A stretch of 64,000 nt of DNA from Planctomycetota bacterium. Lineage in GTDB: Bacteria; Planctomycetota; J058. Each line of letters opens with the position of its first letter. The stretch's first letter is position 1. The notes under the pieces are model-generated. The model did no database searches. It had not been told where the DNA came from and was given only the letters and a program-made list of their open reading frames with translations. Below, piece after piece: positions 9,446-19,319 of this stretch. Made by a program: the position numbers and the translations under genes. Where the stretch lies: contig JBFWYD010000056.1 in assembly GCA_050186825.1 (NCBI GenBank), forward strand, positions 3,761 to 67,760. Reading direction: 5' to 3'.

Positions 9446-11836
9446 GTGACGGCCACCCCGAACTGGGACGTGCTGCGGGAGCTGAAGGCGCTGCTCGACG
9501 CGCGCAGCGATCCGCTGGTGGGCGAGCTCCAGGGGCTGTGGTCCCGCTACGCGGCGGGCGAGGCCGAGCCCAGGCCCGAGGGCTTCCTCGACCTCTTGCG
9601 CAGCGAGCAGCGCATCGACGCCTTCACCCACGCCCGGCTGGCGGCGCGGGCCTCGATCGACCTCTCCGCGCCCGGGACCGCGCGCTTCGACATCGCGGCG
9701 CGGATCGCGGCCGAGCAGGCCCAGACGATCACGGACTCGGGGCGCGCCGTGGACGCGCCGCGCAAGGAGCCGGGGCCGGTCGGGCCGCGCTACGCGCTGC
9801 TCGGGCCCCTGGGCGAGGGCGGGATGGGCGTGGTCCGCGCGGCGCGCGACACCACGCTGCATCGCCAGGTCGCGCTCAAGACCCTGCTCCACGACGACCC
9901 GGACAGCCTGGCGCGCTTCGTCCGCGAGGCGCAGCTCACCGCCCAGCTCGACCACCCCTACGTGGTCCCGATCTACGCGCTCGAGGCCGACGAGGGCGGG
10001 GTCAGCTACGCGATGAAGCTCGTGCGCGGGCGCGACCTGGCCACCGTGATCGCGCGCGCGCGCGCCGCCGAGCTCGCGGGCGAGCCGGCGCCCGAGGAGG
10101 TGGGGCTGCAGGCCCGGCTGGAGGCCTTCCTCAAGGCCTGCGACGCGATGGCCTTCGCCCACGAGCGCGGCGTGATCCACCGCGACCTCAAGCCGGCCAA
10201 CATCATGATCGGTCCCTACCACGAGACCTACGTGCTCGACTGGGGGCTGGCGCGGGTGCTCGAGGGGGCCCACGCCGACGCGGCCGAGGGCGACCTGGCG
10301 GCCGCCGACGTGCGCCAGCGCCTGGAGGGGCTGGACCACCGGCCCGTCGAGACCCTCGACGGCGAGGTCGCGGGGACGCCGGCCTACATGTCCCCCGAGC
10401 AGGCGCAGGGCGAGCGCGCCAAGGTCGGGCCCAGGAGCGACCAGTTCGCGCTGGGGCTGATCCTGCACGAGCTCGTGACCCTCGACCCCGCCTACCCGGG
10501 CAAGCACGTGCTCGAGGTCCTGCTCCGGGCCCAGGCCCGCCGCATCGAGCCGCCGCGCCGCGCGCCCCATCCCGAGCTCGCGGCCATCGTGGCGCGCGCC
10601 ACCGCGGAGGACCCGGCCGCGCGCTACGGGAGCGTGACGGAGCTGGCCGACGACCTGCGCCGCCACCTGCGCGGGGTCGAGACGCGCGCGCTGCCCGACG
10701 GGCCGCGCCAGCGCCTCTATCGCTGGATGCGCGGGCACCAGACCGCGGTGCTCCTGGCCGGGGTGGCCCTGGTGCTCCTCGGCGCCGCGGCGCTGGGGCT
10801 GTCCCGCCTCCATCACATGCGCGAGCTCAAGCGCCGCGAGCGCGCCATCGGTCGCCTGCTCCAGGAGGTCGACGGCCAGGCCACCCGCCTCTCGAGCTGG
10901 ATCACGCACTTCCAGGGGCTGACCGAGTCGCTGGCCGGCGCGGCCACGCACGCCTTGCTCAACCCGCCGCCGGCCTCGCCCCAGCCGCGCTACGGCATCG
11001 ACGAGTTCGCGGACCCGGCCCGCCGGCCGCCCGACATGGCCCCCGCGGCCGCTCGCTACGGGCGGGAGGTCAGCACCGCGCATCCGCTGGCGCACGTGGC
11101 CCCGCGCGAGGGCGCCGCGCGGGCGCGCGCCGAGCTCGACGTGCAGCGCCTGCTGGGCCTGACCGATCAGGTCCGCACCCTGTTCCTGGTCCCCGAGCCG
11201 GGGAAGAAGCGCCGCCCGGCGGGGGCGGCCCTCGACGAGTGGATCCGCGCCCACGGCTCGTACGTGCACTGGGTCTACGTGACCAGCCAGTCGGGCGCGG
11301 TCGTGATCTACCCGGGCGCCGAGAGCGGCTGGACGCGCGACTACGACCCGACCCAGCGGCCGTGGTACCGCGACGCGCTCGCCGCCTGGCGCGAGCGCGG
11401 GGTGCCGCAGTTCTGGACCGACCCCTACCGCGACAAGATGAGCAAGACGCGCGTCGTGACCTCGGTCCACGTGTGCCTCGACGCGCAAGGCGAGCCCCTG
11501 GGGACGGCGGCGGTGGACTTCCTGCTCGACGACCTCCACGACGGGTTGTGGATCGACCGCCCCGCCTGGCTGGAGGAGGCCTTCCTGGTCGACCCCAGCG
11601 AGGGGCAGCCGCGCCTCCTGCTGCGCACCAACCAGAAGGCCGACCCCACCGCGGTCGGCGAGCAGGTGGACCTGGGGACCTTCCCCTATCCGGACGCCCT
11701 GGCCCGGCTCCAGGCGCGGGGCTCGGGGGTCGAGCGCACCGAGGACGGCAAGCTCGTCGCCTGGCGGGGGATCCCCGCCGTGGGCTTCGCCCTGGTGGCC
11801 GTGGTCGAGGCCGAGGGGTTCCTGGCCGGCCAGTAG
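9446..11836 (+). CDS. Membrane Ser/Thr protein kinase with an extracytoplasmic dCache sensor domain
   Basis: [33 protein letters not shown]; TM 'VLLAGVALVLLGAAALGL'; Cache motif 'YDPTQRPWY...WTDPY...AAVD'. Confidence 0.9.
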   Translation: MTATPNWDVLRELKALLDARSDPLVGELQGLWSRYAAGEAEPRPEGFLDLLRSEQRIDAFTHARLAARASIDLSAPGTARFDIAARIAAEQAQTITDSGRAVDAPRKEPGPVGPRYALLGPLGEGGMGVVRAARDTTLHRQVALKTLLHDDPDSLARFVREAQLTAQLDHPYVVPIYALEADEGGVSYAMKLVRGRDLATVIARARAAELAGEPAPEEVGLQARLEAFLKACDAMAFAHERGVIHRDLKPANIMIGPYHETYVLDWGLARVLEGAHADAAEGDLAAADVRQRLEGLDHRPVETLDGEVAGTPAYMSPEQAQGERAKVGPRSDQFALGLILHELVTLDPAYPGKHVLEVLLRAQARRIEPPRRAPHPELAAIVARATAEDPAARYGSVTELADDLRRHLRGVETRALPDGPRQRLYRWMRGHQTAVLLAGVALVLLGAAALGLSRLHHMRELKRRERAIGRLLQEVDGQATRLSSWITHFQGLTESLAGAATHALLNPPPASPQPRYGIDEFADPARRPPDMAPAAARYGREVSTAHPLAHVAPREGAARARAELDVQRLLGLTDQVRTLFLVPEPGKKRRPAGAALDEWIRAHGSYVHWVYVTSQSGAVVIYPGAESGWTRDYDPTQRPWYRDALAAWRERGVPQFWTDPYRDKMSKTRVVTSVHVCLDAQGEPLGTAAVDFLLDDLHDGLWIDRPAWLEEAFLVDPSEGQPRLLLRTNQKADPTAVGEQVDLGTFPYPDALARLQARGSGVERTEDGKLVAWRGIPAVGFALVAVVEAEGFLAGQ

Positions 11837-11983
11837 GGGCCGCTGGAGGCGATGGCTTCCGCCAGCGTCCCAACGCCTCCTGAATCGCTCGGTCGCGCAC
11901 CCAGATCTGGAAGGGCTGGAACGATTACGCGCCGCGTTACCGTTGCGCAAAGGGGTTGCGACGGCGCCAGCGTTTGCATTGCC

Positions 11984-13243
11984 ATGGCCGAGATGGATGA
12001 CCGAAAGCGGCAATCCAGGCGCGATGAAATGAGCCGCAACCTGCAGCGGTTGCGCTCCTCCGGCCGCGTCCCCATCGCCCGGCCCTCGGACGAAGGGCGC
12101 GTCTCCGGCGCCGGTCGCACCTCGACCCGGCTCAAGCCCGTCCGCAGCTCCTCCACCAAGCTCAACCCGGTGCGCAAGAGCTCGGGCAACCTGACCCCGG
12201 TCGGCAGCCCGCACCCCGAGTCCGAGCTGTTCCGCGCGATGGTCCCGGCCGAGGACCCTCAGCTCGAGGCCCTGCGGGCGGAGGTCGCGAACCTGCGCCG
12301 GCTCCAGGAGGTGATCCACTTCCTCGGCAGCGCCAGCGACGCCCACACCCTGCGCGCCGAGATCCTGGACCTCGCGCTCTCGCTCAGCGGGCTGACCCGC
12401 GGGATGATCGCGCTGCCCGCCAAGGGGCGCGGCAAGCAGCGCCGCTTCAAGGTGCGCGAGAGCCGCGGCTACGAGGAGCGCCACAAGCCGGAGCTCAAGC
12501 TCCTGCGCGGCGTGCTCAACCGCGCCCTCGAGCGGCGCGAGCCCTTCTTCGACGGCTCGATCCGCGACGGCGGGATCCTCGACCACGCCGAGTCCTCGGC
12601 CCGAGAGCTCGACCTGGGCGCCGTGGCCTGCATCACGCTCGAGGCCGGCGGCGAGCTGTGGGGCGCGATCATCCTCGACGACCCCCGCCGCAAGGAGCCC
12701 TTCCTTCCCGCCGAGGAGTCGCTGCTGCGCAGCTTCGGCCGCCACGCCGGCCTGGCGCTGGCGCGCCTGCAGCGCGCCGCGCAGATGAAGAAGCGGCTGA
12801 CCCTGACCGCGCGCAAGAACGAGCGGCTCGAGGCCGAGCGCGATCAGCTCGAGGAGCGGCTCGAGACCGAGTCCAAGCGCGCCGCGCGCGCCGCCCCGGA
12901 CTCCTCGGAGGCGCGCCGCCGCAGCGCGCGCACGAGCAGCCAGTCCGCCCGCCACGACAAGAAGCTCGAGAAGTCGGGGCGCGAGTACCGCCGCCTGCTC
13001 GAGGTCTCCTACGGGCGCGCTCGCGAGGACTTCACCCGGCGCTACCTCGAGGAGCTGCTGCGCCGCGCCGAGGGCGACCTGCGGGTCGCGGCCCAGGAGA
13101 GCGGGCTGCCCGTGGCGCGCCTGATCGGGCTCCTGGAGAAGCTCGAGGTCCCGGTCCCGCCGCGCCGGCTGCCCCTGCCCGAGCGCCGCCCCGAGGACCA
13201 CGGCAGCACCGCCAGCCGCTGGGGCCAGCCCGTCAGGCGCTGA
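11984..13243 (+). CDS. GAF domain, coiled coil and Fis-type HTH-like protein
   Basis: GAF-like 'AVACITLEAGGELWGAIILDD...PFLPAEESLLRSFGRHAGLAL'; coiled coil; C-terminal 'AREDFTRRYLEELLRRAEGDLRVAAQESGL'. Start ATG at 11984 chosen (11993 and 12030 are alternatives). Confidence 0.75.
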   Translation: MAEMDDRKRQSRRDEMSRNLQRLRSSGRVPIARPSDEGRVSGAGRTSTRLKPVRSSSTKLNPVRKSSGNLTPVGSPHPESELFRAMVPAEDPQLEALRAEVANLRRLQEVIHFLGSASDAHTLRAEILDLALSLSGLTRGMIALPAKGRGKQRRFKVRESRGYEERHKPELKLLRGVLNRALERREPFFDGSIRDGGILDHAESSARELDLGAVACITLEAGGELWGAIILDDPRRKEPFLPAEESLLRSFGRHAGLALARLQRAAQMKKRLTLTARKNERLEAERDQLEERLETESKRAARAAPDSSEARRRSARTSSQSARHDKKLEKSGREYRRLLEVSYGRAREDFTRRYLEELLRRAEGDLRVAAQESGLPVARLIGLLEKLEVPVPPRRLPLPERRPEDHGSTASRWGQPVRR

Positions 13244-13385
13244 GTCGAGAGGTCTGCGCCTCGGAGGCAGCGAGTGTGGGCGGGGCGCGGATGACGGCGC
13301 AGACGACTCACGACCACGACCAGCAGGCCGCGCGCTTCGCCCCACCGACTCGGTGCTCGGTCTGGTCGGGGAACCCGGGACCCTC

Positions 13386-13665
13386 AACGCAGAGACGCCG
13401 AATCCCGCAGAGGTCCGCAGAGATCGCACGGTGCGGGCGCGGGCCCATCGACTCCGACCCGATGAGCTGATGAGAGGCGAAGCGAGCCGGGGAATCGGGA
13501 GCCGGAGCGGAGGCGAGTCTCCGAGCCGGAGCGGAGGCAACCGATTTACCTGCTGACAGGCACGCGAAGCGATCCGCGGAATCGGAAGGCGAACCGAAGT
13601 CGCCACGCCCAAGACGGCCCCGCAGTAGATCAACTCCTCTGCGAAGCCTCCGCGTCTCCGCGGTT
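13386..13665. repeat. CGCAGAG...CTCTGCG inverted-repeat element with an internal 16-bp direct repeat
   Basis: Left aacgcagagacgccgaatcccgcagaggtccgcagag; right ctctgcgaagcctccgcgtctccgcggtt; gagccggagcggaggc at 13499 and 13523. Confidence 0.7.
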
Positions 13666-13707
13666 CAAGGGGTCGGCCGAGCGCTCGACTGGTCCGTTCC
13701 CGCTCGC

Positions 13708-13812
13708 GACTCGGTCTCGGTCTCGGACTCGGACCTCGGCCTCGGTCTCGGACTCGGACTCGGACTCGGTCTCGGCCTCGGTCTCGGTCTCGGTCTCGGC
13801 CTCGGTCTCGGA
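13708..13812 (+). repeat. CTCGG(T/A/C) hexamer tandem array abutting the kinase stop codon
   Basis: Seen directly; ends at 13812, next to the minus-strand stop at 13813. Confidence 0.9.
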
Positions 13813-16800
13813 CTACTGCGGATCGGCGCCGAAGCGCTCGCGGAACACCTTCCGGTAGGGCGAGGGCAGCGTCGCGAGCCCCGTCCGCCAGCAGCCCAGG
13901 ACCTCCTCGCGCGGTCCCCCCGCGCGCAGGATCCACAGGCCTCGCTCGCGCTCGGTGTCGGCCTTCGGCGCGCCCATCTCCGCGGCCAGCTCGATCCACT
14001 CGGCGGCGTCCCAGCGGTATCGCTCGAAGTGCACGAGCATGCTCGTGCTCGCGCAGGCGAGCGCCAGGCTGGGGTTCCGGGGGGCGGCGGCCAGGCAGGC
14101 CTCGGCGCGGCACAGGCCGTCGTGCAGCGCCCTGCGGTTGCCCGTGACCGCCGCGGTCCGCATCAGCATCTCCGCCAGGAGCTGCTGGTGGTTGAGGTCC
14201 AGGAAGGCCTCGCGCAGGGCGATCTCGCGGGTCATGGCCCGCGCCGGCTCGAGCTGACCGGAGGCGACCAGCGCCATCGCGCGCAGCCAGCGGCCGAGGC
14301 GATGCCCGGGCTGCTCGGCGAGCACGCGCTCGGTCTGGGCCAGGACGGTCTGGTAGTCGCGGAGCGCGAAGGCCACGAAGGCCTGGGCCGCGTAGCCCAT
14401 GGCGTCCTGGCGCCCCTGGGTCGAGGCCACCAGGCGCTGGCACTCGGCCAGGCGCCCCAGGCGATAGAGCGCCTCGCCGCGCAGGGCGAGCTCCTCGTCG
14501 CCGCTCCCGCCGAGGGTCGCGAGCGCGTCCAGGCAGCGGAGCGCCTCCTCCGGCAGGCGGCGCTCGATGCGGACCTCGGCCTCGAGGAGCAGGCAGGCCC
14601 GATCCATGGGGGCGGCGGCCCGGGCCGCCGCGAAGCCAGGCGCGAGGAGCTCCCAGGTGGCGCCGCGCGCGCAGAGGAGGAGGGTCTCGCGCAGGGCGGC
14701 CGCCGCGGGCGGGGAGAGCCGCTTCAGCCGCTCGTCCACGCTCGTCCGGACGAAGCGCGAGAGCTCCCCCTCGGCGACCGGCGGTCGCCCGGCCATCCGC
14801 AGCAGGCGCAGCCCGAGCAGCGGCTCCTCCTGCCCGAGGGCCAGAGCCCCCCGCTGGAGTGACTCCGGGAGGCGCCGCTGGACCTCGCGCGCCAGCGAGA
14901 CCGCCTCCTGATGCAGGCCCTGGCGCAGGCAGGTGGTCCAGAGCACGACCCAGGTCCCTTCCGGCTGCAGGCGATAGCAGCGGCGGTAGAGCTCGAGCGC
15001 CTCGACCGGGCGGTGCAGGAGCTGAGCCACCCCCGCGCGCAGCTCGAGCGCCTTGGCGCTCTCCTGCGGTCGCTCCAGCCGCTCGAGGCGCTCGGCGAGC
15101 CGGTTGATGGTCTCGGCGGCCCCGTCGCGCTCGCTCCTCGGCAGCTTGGTGGCGGCCACCAGCAACACGTCCCCCTCGAAGCCAAGGCACGCCACGTCGG
15201 GGCCGCAGGGGGAGTCCGCGCGCAGCGCCGGGAGCTGCTCCTCGACCTCCTTCACGAGGCCGAGGCGGGCCAGGGCCTCCAGGAGCAGCCGTCGGGCCTC
15301 GACCCGCCCGGGCGCATCCTCGAGGGCGCGCCGCGCGGCGTCGAGCAACGTCGGCCCCTTGGAGACACCGACCAGGAGCTGCTGCACGCGCGCGACCCTG
15401 CCCCACGCTCCACGCGGGTCCTCGTCGACGACGGCGGTCAGCAGCCGCAGCCCCTCGGCCCGGCGCGGGCCGGAGTCCCGGACCAGGGCGATCCCGGCGA
15501 GCGTGCGCAGCTCCGCGCCCCGCGGGCCCGGCGCGCGCAGCCAGGGCTCCAGCAGCGGGGCCGCGCGCTCGGCGTGGCCGCGCGCGAAGGCCAGCCGCGC
15601 GGCCTCGATGGCCGCGCGCGGCCCGAGCTGCGGGTCGTCGCCCACGAGCGAGCAGGCGCCCTCGGCCAGGGCCAGGACGTCCGTGGAGGGAGCCTCGGCG
15701 CGCGCGAGCGCGCGCGCCTCCTCGAGGCGGCGCAGGACCTCGAGCGCGCGCCCCGCCTGCGCGTCGCCTGGCGGGAGCAGGCGCTGGAGCTCCTCCAGCC
15801 CGGCGTCCGCCGCGAGCGCCGCGCGGAACGCCGCAGAGGACCCGGCCGCGGCGCCGGCGCCGTTGGAGGGCGAGGACGAGGTCGCGGTCGAGGGCGCGCC
15901 GGTCGCCTGGCCGCCGCCCCGGGGCAGGAGCGCGAGGGTCCCGAGGGCGCCCGCGCCGAGCGCCCCCGCCAGCGCGACCCCCGCCAGCGCGACCCCCGCC
16001 CCGGGCGCGCGACGGTCGCGCGCCGGGCTCGGGCTCGCGCCGTCGAGGTAGGCCTCGAGGTCGCGGGCCAGCGCCTCGGCGCTCGGGTAGCGCTCCGCGG
16101 GCTCGCGCGCCAGGGCGCGCGCGCACACCGCGTCCAGCGCGGGCGGGACGCCCGGGCGCAGCGAGGATGGCGGCGGGGCAGTGGACTCGGTCAGCTCGAC
16201 CAGCGGGTTCTGGCTGCGCTCGAAGGGACCCTCGCCGGTCAGCAGCCCGAACAGCACGGCGCCGAGGCCCCACACGTCGGTCGCGGGCCCGACCGTGCGC
16301 CCGCGGGCCTGTTCGGGCGACATGAAGGCCGGGGTCCCCAGCATCTGCCCGCTGCGGCTCAGGCGCGCGCTGTCGTCCGCCTCGAGCAGCGCCAGGCCGA
16401 AGTCGACCAGCCGCACCCGGCCCTCGCGGTCGAGGATCAGGTTCGATGGCTTGAGGTCGCGGTGCAGCACGCCCTGCTCGTGGGCGTACTGGATCGCGCG
16501 CGCCACGTCCCGCACGAGCTCCGCCGCGCGCGTCGGGCTCAGCTCGCGCTCGGCCGAGAGCAGGCGCTCCAGGGTCCGACCCGACACGAGCTCCATCACG
16601 AGGTAGGGCTTGCCGCCCTCCTCGCCGCCGTCGAGCACGCCCGCGATCCCGGGATGCCGCAGCCGGCGGCAGGCCTCGAGCTCGCGCGCGAAGCGGGCCC
16701 GCGCCCGCGGGGAGTCGTGGAGGAGCAGCTTGAGCGCGACCTCACGCCCGGCTCGCGGGTCGAAGGCGCGGTAGACGGTCCCCGCCCCGCCCTGGCCGAG

Positions 16801-16839
16801 GGCCTCTCGCAGCTCGAAGCGCCCGAAGGTCCCCACCAC
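13813..16839 (-). CDS. Ser/Thr protein kinase with TM helix and TPR-like C-terminus
   Basis: GQGGAG, VALK, HRDLKPSN, DFGLA, GTPAFMSPEQ, DVWGLG; hydrophobic segment; helical TPR-like repeats. Confidence 0.9.
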   Translation of the reverse strand: MVGTFGRFELREALGQGGAGTVYRAFDPRAGREVALKLLLHDSPRARARFARELEACRRLRHPGIAGVLDGGEEGGKPYLVMELVSGRTLERLLSAERELSPTRAAELVRDVARAIQYAHEQGVLHRDLKPSNLILDREGRVRLVDFGLALLEADDSARLSRSGQMLGTPAFMSPEQARGRTVGPATDVWGLGAVLFGLLTGEGPFERSQNPLVELTESTAPPPSSLRPGVPPALDAVCARALAREPAERYPSAEALARDLEAYLDGASPSPARDRRAPGAGVALAGVALAGALGAGALGTLALLPRGGGQATGAPSTATSSSPSNGAGAAAGSSAAFRAALAADAGLEELQRLLPPGDAQAGRALEVLRRLEEARALARAEAPSTDVLALAEGACSLVGDDPQLGPRAAIEAARLAFARGHAERAAPLLEPWLRAPGPRGAELRTLAGIALVRDSGPRRAEGLRLLTAVVDEDPRGAWGRVARVQQLLVGVSKGPTLLDAARRALEDAPGRVEARRLLLEALARLGLVKEVEEQLPALRADSPCGPDVACLGFEGDVLLVAATKLPRSERDGAAETINRLAERLERLERPQESAKALELRAGVAQLLHRPVEALELYRRCYRLQPEGTWVVLWTTCLRQGLHQEAVSLAREVQRRLPESLQRGALALGQEEPLLGLRLLRMAGRPPVAEGELSRFVRTSVDERLKRLSPPAAAALRETLLLCARGATWELLAPGFAAARAAAPMDRACLLLEAEVRIERRLPEEALRCLDALATLGGSGDEELALRGEALYRLGRLAECQRLVASTQGRQDAMGYAAQAFVAFALRDYQTVLAQTERVLAEQPGHRLGRWLRAMALVASGQLEPARAMTREIALREAFLDLNHQQLLAEMLMRTAAVTGNRRALHDGLCRAEACLAAAPRNPSLALACASTSMLVHFERYRWDAAEWIELAAEMGAPKADTERERGLWILRAGGPREEVLGCWRTGLATLPSPYRKVFRERFGADPQ

Positions 16840-16891
16840 GCCGAGCAGGATAGCGGCGCGCGGGTCGGGCTCGCGAGAGCAAGGCAGCGCG

Positions 16892-18118
16892 TCAGCGCAG
16901 GAGCGCCGCAGCCGACTCGTGCTTCCCCTTGATCGCGAGCTGGAGCGGGGTCAACCCCTGGCGGTCCTTGGGGGCCTTGTGGGCGCCGGCGGCCAACAGC
17001 GTGCGGACTACCTCGGTGTGGCCGTTGGCCGCGGCGCGATGGAGCGCGCCGTGCCCCAGCACGTCCACGGGGTCGAGCTTGGCCTTCGCCTGCAGCAGGA
17101 GCTGGACCACGGCCAGGTGTCCCTGGTCGGCCGCCTGGCTGAGGGCCGTGCGTCCCTGCGTGCTCGTGAGGTCCAGGTGGGCCTTGGCCGCCAGCAGGGC
17201 CTGCACCACCGGGGCGTGGCCGCCGTGAGCCGCCGCCAGGAGCGGGGTGGGGATCCCGGGGCTGCGGCAGCGGATGAAGTCGGGGCTGGCGCCGGCGGCG
17301 AGCGCGCGCGAGACCGCCTCGAGCTGCCCCAGGCTCGCGGCCTGCCACAGGGCCTGGCCTGCCTCCAGCACGCCGCGCTCGCGCGGGGTCCAGTGCTCCT
17401 GGAGCGAGGGCGAGACCCGGGCGAATGCGATCACCTTGAACAGGTCGGGCGTGCGCTGCCCGCGCAAGGCCGCGAGCTCGTCGAGCCGGGGGATCACGAA
17501 GCGGGCACGGTCCTTGGTGGGCTCGTCCTTCTGCATGCGCAGCAGGAGGTCGAGGCTGCGCAGCGCCAGCTCCGTGGCCACGCCGGTGCGGAGCTTCACG
17601 GCGATGGCGAGCCCGTTGCGGGCCGTAACGTCGAGGAAGTCGAGCCGGCGGAGCTCCCCCAGCCAGCCGAGCATGCGCATCGTGATGTCCGCCGCCCCGG
17701 CGAGGTCGTTCAGCTTGTGGGCCTGAAGGTCCAGGCAGCGCTGCCCGTGCTTCAGCACGCCACCGCCATCCTTGAGATGGTAGGCGCACTCGCTCGCGGC
17801 GGCGTGGAGGAAGGCCTGCGCCGGCGGAACGAGCTCGTGGGGCCTGACCTGCGGCTTGTCCGCGAGCTCGTAGGCCTCCTGCCAGCGCTTGAGCGCGTAG
17901 AGCGCCCGGAGCTCGTAGTAGACCGCCCAGCCGAGCTGCTGCGGGTCGGTCTGGGGCTCGGCCAGGAGCTCCTTGCGCAGGGCCTGGGCCAGGGCCAGGC
18001 CCTGCTGGGGCTCGGCCTTGGTCAGGGCCCCCATCCGCTGCTTGAAGCGCTGGGCGTCCATGCCGCTCGAGGTCGAGCTGAGCCCCAGGAGCAGGGCCGC
18101 GGCGAGGCAGACGCGCAT
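16892..18118 (-). CDS. Secreted ankyrin-repeat protein
   Basis: Signal peptide; ankyrin repeats 'TPLLAAAHGGHAPVVQALL', 'GRTALSQAADQGHLAVVQLLL', 'GHGALHRAAANGHTEVVRTLL', 'GLTPLQLA'. Confidence 0.88.
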   Translation of the reverse strand: MRVCLAAALLLGLSSTSSGMDAQRFKQRMGALTKAEPQQGLALAQALRKELLAEPQTDPQQLGWAVYYELRALYALKRWQEAYELADKPQVRPHELVPPAQAFLHAAASECAYHLKDGGGVLKHGQRCLDLQAHKLNDLAGAADITMRMLGWLGELRRLDFLDVTARNGLAIAVKLRTGVATELALRSLDLLLRMQKDEPTKDRARFVIPRLDELAALRGQRTPDLFKVIAFARVSPSLQEHWTPRERGVLEAGQALWQAASLGQLEAVSRALAAGASPDFIRCRSPGIPTPLLAAAHGGHAPVVQALLAAKAHLDLTSTQGRTALSQAADQGHLAVVQLLLQAKAKLDPVDVLGHGALHRAAANGHTEVVRTLLAAGAHKAPKDRQGLTPLQLAIKGKHESAAALLR

Positions 18119-18157
18119 CGATCGAGTCCTCCGGCTCAGGTCGGGCGGGCTGAGGTC

Positions 18158-19240
18158 TCAGTCGGCCTTCGGCGCGGACCAGGCGGTGAGCACACGCACG
18201 ACGCCCCCCTTGGGCCCCTTGGTCTCGTAGCGGACCGTCAGCCCGGGGACGTCCTCGGCGAGGAACCAGGTGGCCTCGACCTCGCCCTGCTTGAGCCGGT
18301 ACGGCTTGCACGTGAAGCTCCGCCCTGCGGCGGCGATGGTCTCGGCCGACCCGACGCTCAGCTCCTCCACCCCCGCCCCGCGGACCTCGTGGAGGAAGTT
18401 CCGCCAGAGCTGGGGGACGGCGGCGGCGCTCACGACCTTCCCGCCCTCGCTGATGCGTTGCCCGAGCACGAAGTAGTTGGGCGTGCGGTGGAGCATGGTC
18501 AGCTCCAGCTCCAGCTCCCGGGCCTTGTCGCCCTCCTTGACGCTGACCGAGTAGCGCGCGACCGCTCCCTTAGGCCAGGCCGCCATCAGCGCCTCGCGCT
18601 CCCAGGGGAGCCGGCCGCGCTCGAAGGCGAAGGCCGCGGGGCCGCCGAGCTCCCTGGGCAGGTAGGCCAGCTCCAGGGAGTCCCAGTTCTTCTTCCCCAG
18701 GTCCCCGGTCGGCTGGACCATGGTCTTGAGCAGCAGGCCGGGGTACTGCTTCGAGTACCACACGTTCCGCCAGCTGAGGACGCCGCCCGCCTGGACCTGG
18801 TAGGAGTAATGGATCGTGTCCAGGGTGCGCTCCCCCAGGCGCAGCTTGCCCTCCAGACGCCGCTTGGCGCTCGTGAACTGCTCGGGGAACACCCGGTAGG
18901 GGACCGGCTCGCGCTTGGGCTCCCGCTCCTGCGCCACGCCGTCCGGGCCGAAGGTGAGGGTCGAGAGCAGGTAGCCCTTCTCGCCCGTCTCGAGCACCTC
19001 CTGGAACACCAACGCCTTCGCGGGCTTGCCGCCGCGCGTCGCCGTGCGCAGGTAGGTCAGGACCAGGCCCTGCTTGTAGAGCTGGCGCAGGTCGGCCTCG
19101 GTGTAGGGGGCGGGGCTGTCCGCGCCCGACTTGCCAGGCTGAGGCTGCGGCCCAGGCTGCTTCGAGGGCGGGGGGTCATCGGCGAGGACGATCGAGCCGA
19201 GGACCAGGAGGACGAAGAGCGTGGCCGTGGCGTGACGCAT
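18158..19240 (-). CDS. Secreted hypothetical protein with two similar beta-rich domains
   Basis: Signal peptide and Pro-rich linker; the halves end in 'VWYSKQYPGLLLK' and 'WFLAEDVPGLTVR'. Confidence 0.7.
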   Translation of the reverse strand: MRHATATLFVLLVLGSIVLADDPPPSKQPGPQPQPGKSGADSPAPYTEADLRQLYKQGLVLTYLRTATRGGKPAKALVFQEVLETGEKGYLLSTLTFGPDGVAQEREPKREPVPYRVFPEQFTSAKRRLEGKLRLGERTLDTIHYSYQVQAGGVLSWRNVWYSKQYPGLLLKTMVQPTGDLGKKNWDSLELAYLPRELGGPAAFAFERGRLPWEREALMAAWPKGAVARYSVSVKEGDKARELELELTMLHRTPNYFVLGQRISEGGKVVSAAAVPQLWRNFLHEVRGAGVEELSVGSAETIAAAGRSFTCKPYRLKQGEVEATWFLAEDVPGLTVRYETKGPKGGVVRVLTAWSAPKAD

Positions 19241-19260
19241 GGGACTCCGGGAGGAAGTGG

Positions 19261-19290
19261 CTCGGGCCGGCCTGGGCTGGCCGGCCCGAG
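19261..19290 (-). terminator. Perfect 12-bp hairpin downstream of PilX-like gene A
   Basis: ctcgggccggcc-tgggct-ggccggcccgag; no clear U-tract, so it may be an RNA-stabilising hairpin instead. Confidence 0.55.
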
Positions 19291-19319
19291 TGGGACTTCA
19301 GGGCGCTCTTCGCTCGGGC

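Noticed and set aside
11918-11944. GGAAC...CGTT as an ECF sigma promoter for the GAF gene
   Set aside because: Spacing is slightly off typical values and the short motif is too likely by chance.
13467-13497. CTGATGAG resembling a hammerhead ribozyme core
   Set aside because: No GAAA after a closable stem II and no convincing stems I/III by eye.
9404-16273. 2289-aa minus-strand ORF and similar giant ORFs (e.g. 2845-4812, 24981-28124, 37781-40642, 55231-58101)
   Set aside because: Antisense or off-frame shadows of well-supported genes; Arg/Gly/Pro-rich with no motifs, as expected at this GC content.
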